Assembly: GCA_017654855.1 (NCBI GenBank)
Contig: CM030338.1
Span: 248,001 to 312,000, forward strand
DNA length: 64,000 nucleotides
Direction: 5' to 3'
Source of the DNA: Podospora anserina
Lineage: Eukaryota
The position numbers and the translations under genes were made by a program. Under the pieces are notes generated by a model. It searched no databases. It saw only the letters and a list, made by a program, of their open reading frames with translations, and was not told the DNA's origin. Below, piece after piece: positions 63,653-64,000 of the stretch. Position 1 is the stretch's first letter; every line of letters begins with the position of its first letter.

Positions 63653-64000
63653 TGATGATGGCTGGCCATGATTTTGCGATGTTTCTAATGAATGAGGGCT
63701 GCATTGGGATTGGGACTTGTGCTGGGTATTTGGGTCTATCAAAGTGAAATACCCAAAGGAAACTGGTAGTATTTGGATGGACGGAGTTTGGAAAAATGGG
63801 TTGGTTGTTTTGATGATCGACAGGGCGGGTGCCCTCTTTTCTTTTGTTTTTCTTTCTTCTTATTCAATTAGTATTAGCATAACCTAAGGTAGGTTTCTTG
63901 GAGCAGATAGCAACTGAACTCTCCTCTTGAAATGACTAAGAAACGTGCCCTACATGGCCATCGAGGTAGCAATTTGACTCTCGTTGTCTTGTAACTACGC

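Overview
Eukaryotic DNA from a filamentous ascomycete, inferred from short GT-AG introns with CTRAC branch points, the gene content and gene spacing; Sordariomycetes/Sordariales (Podospora-like) is my best guess. The ORF track splits most genes at introns, so I rebuilt exon structures by hand. I find 22 apparently intact protein-coding genes, one clear pseudogene and one intron-containing tRNA-Asp(GUC). The genes include an AAA+ ATPase, an atypical kinase, twinfilin, a Zn2Cys6 factor, a calpain, a class I GATase, RPS7, an NADPH alcohol dehydrogenase, dynactin p62, BolA, an S8 protease, ArgRS and a P450. I saw no intact transposon, rRNA or CRISPR array. Highlights: (1) a divergent pair of a GPI-anchored X325/Bim1-like copper protein and a His-tailed metalloreductase with a Mac1-type element between them, a candidate surface copper-acquisition module; (2) a membrane-anchored pepsin-like protein with both catalytic Asp replaced by Ser; (3) a very acidic secreted repeat protein with no aromatic residue after its signal peptide; (4) a heavily base-paired 313-nt RPS7 intron; (5) a GC-AG intron inside a zinc cluster; (6) a P450 lacking the I-helix acid; (7) a possibly decaying block left of the tRNA. 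Family names come from motif recognition, not database searches.
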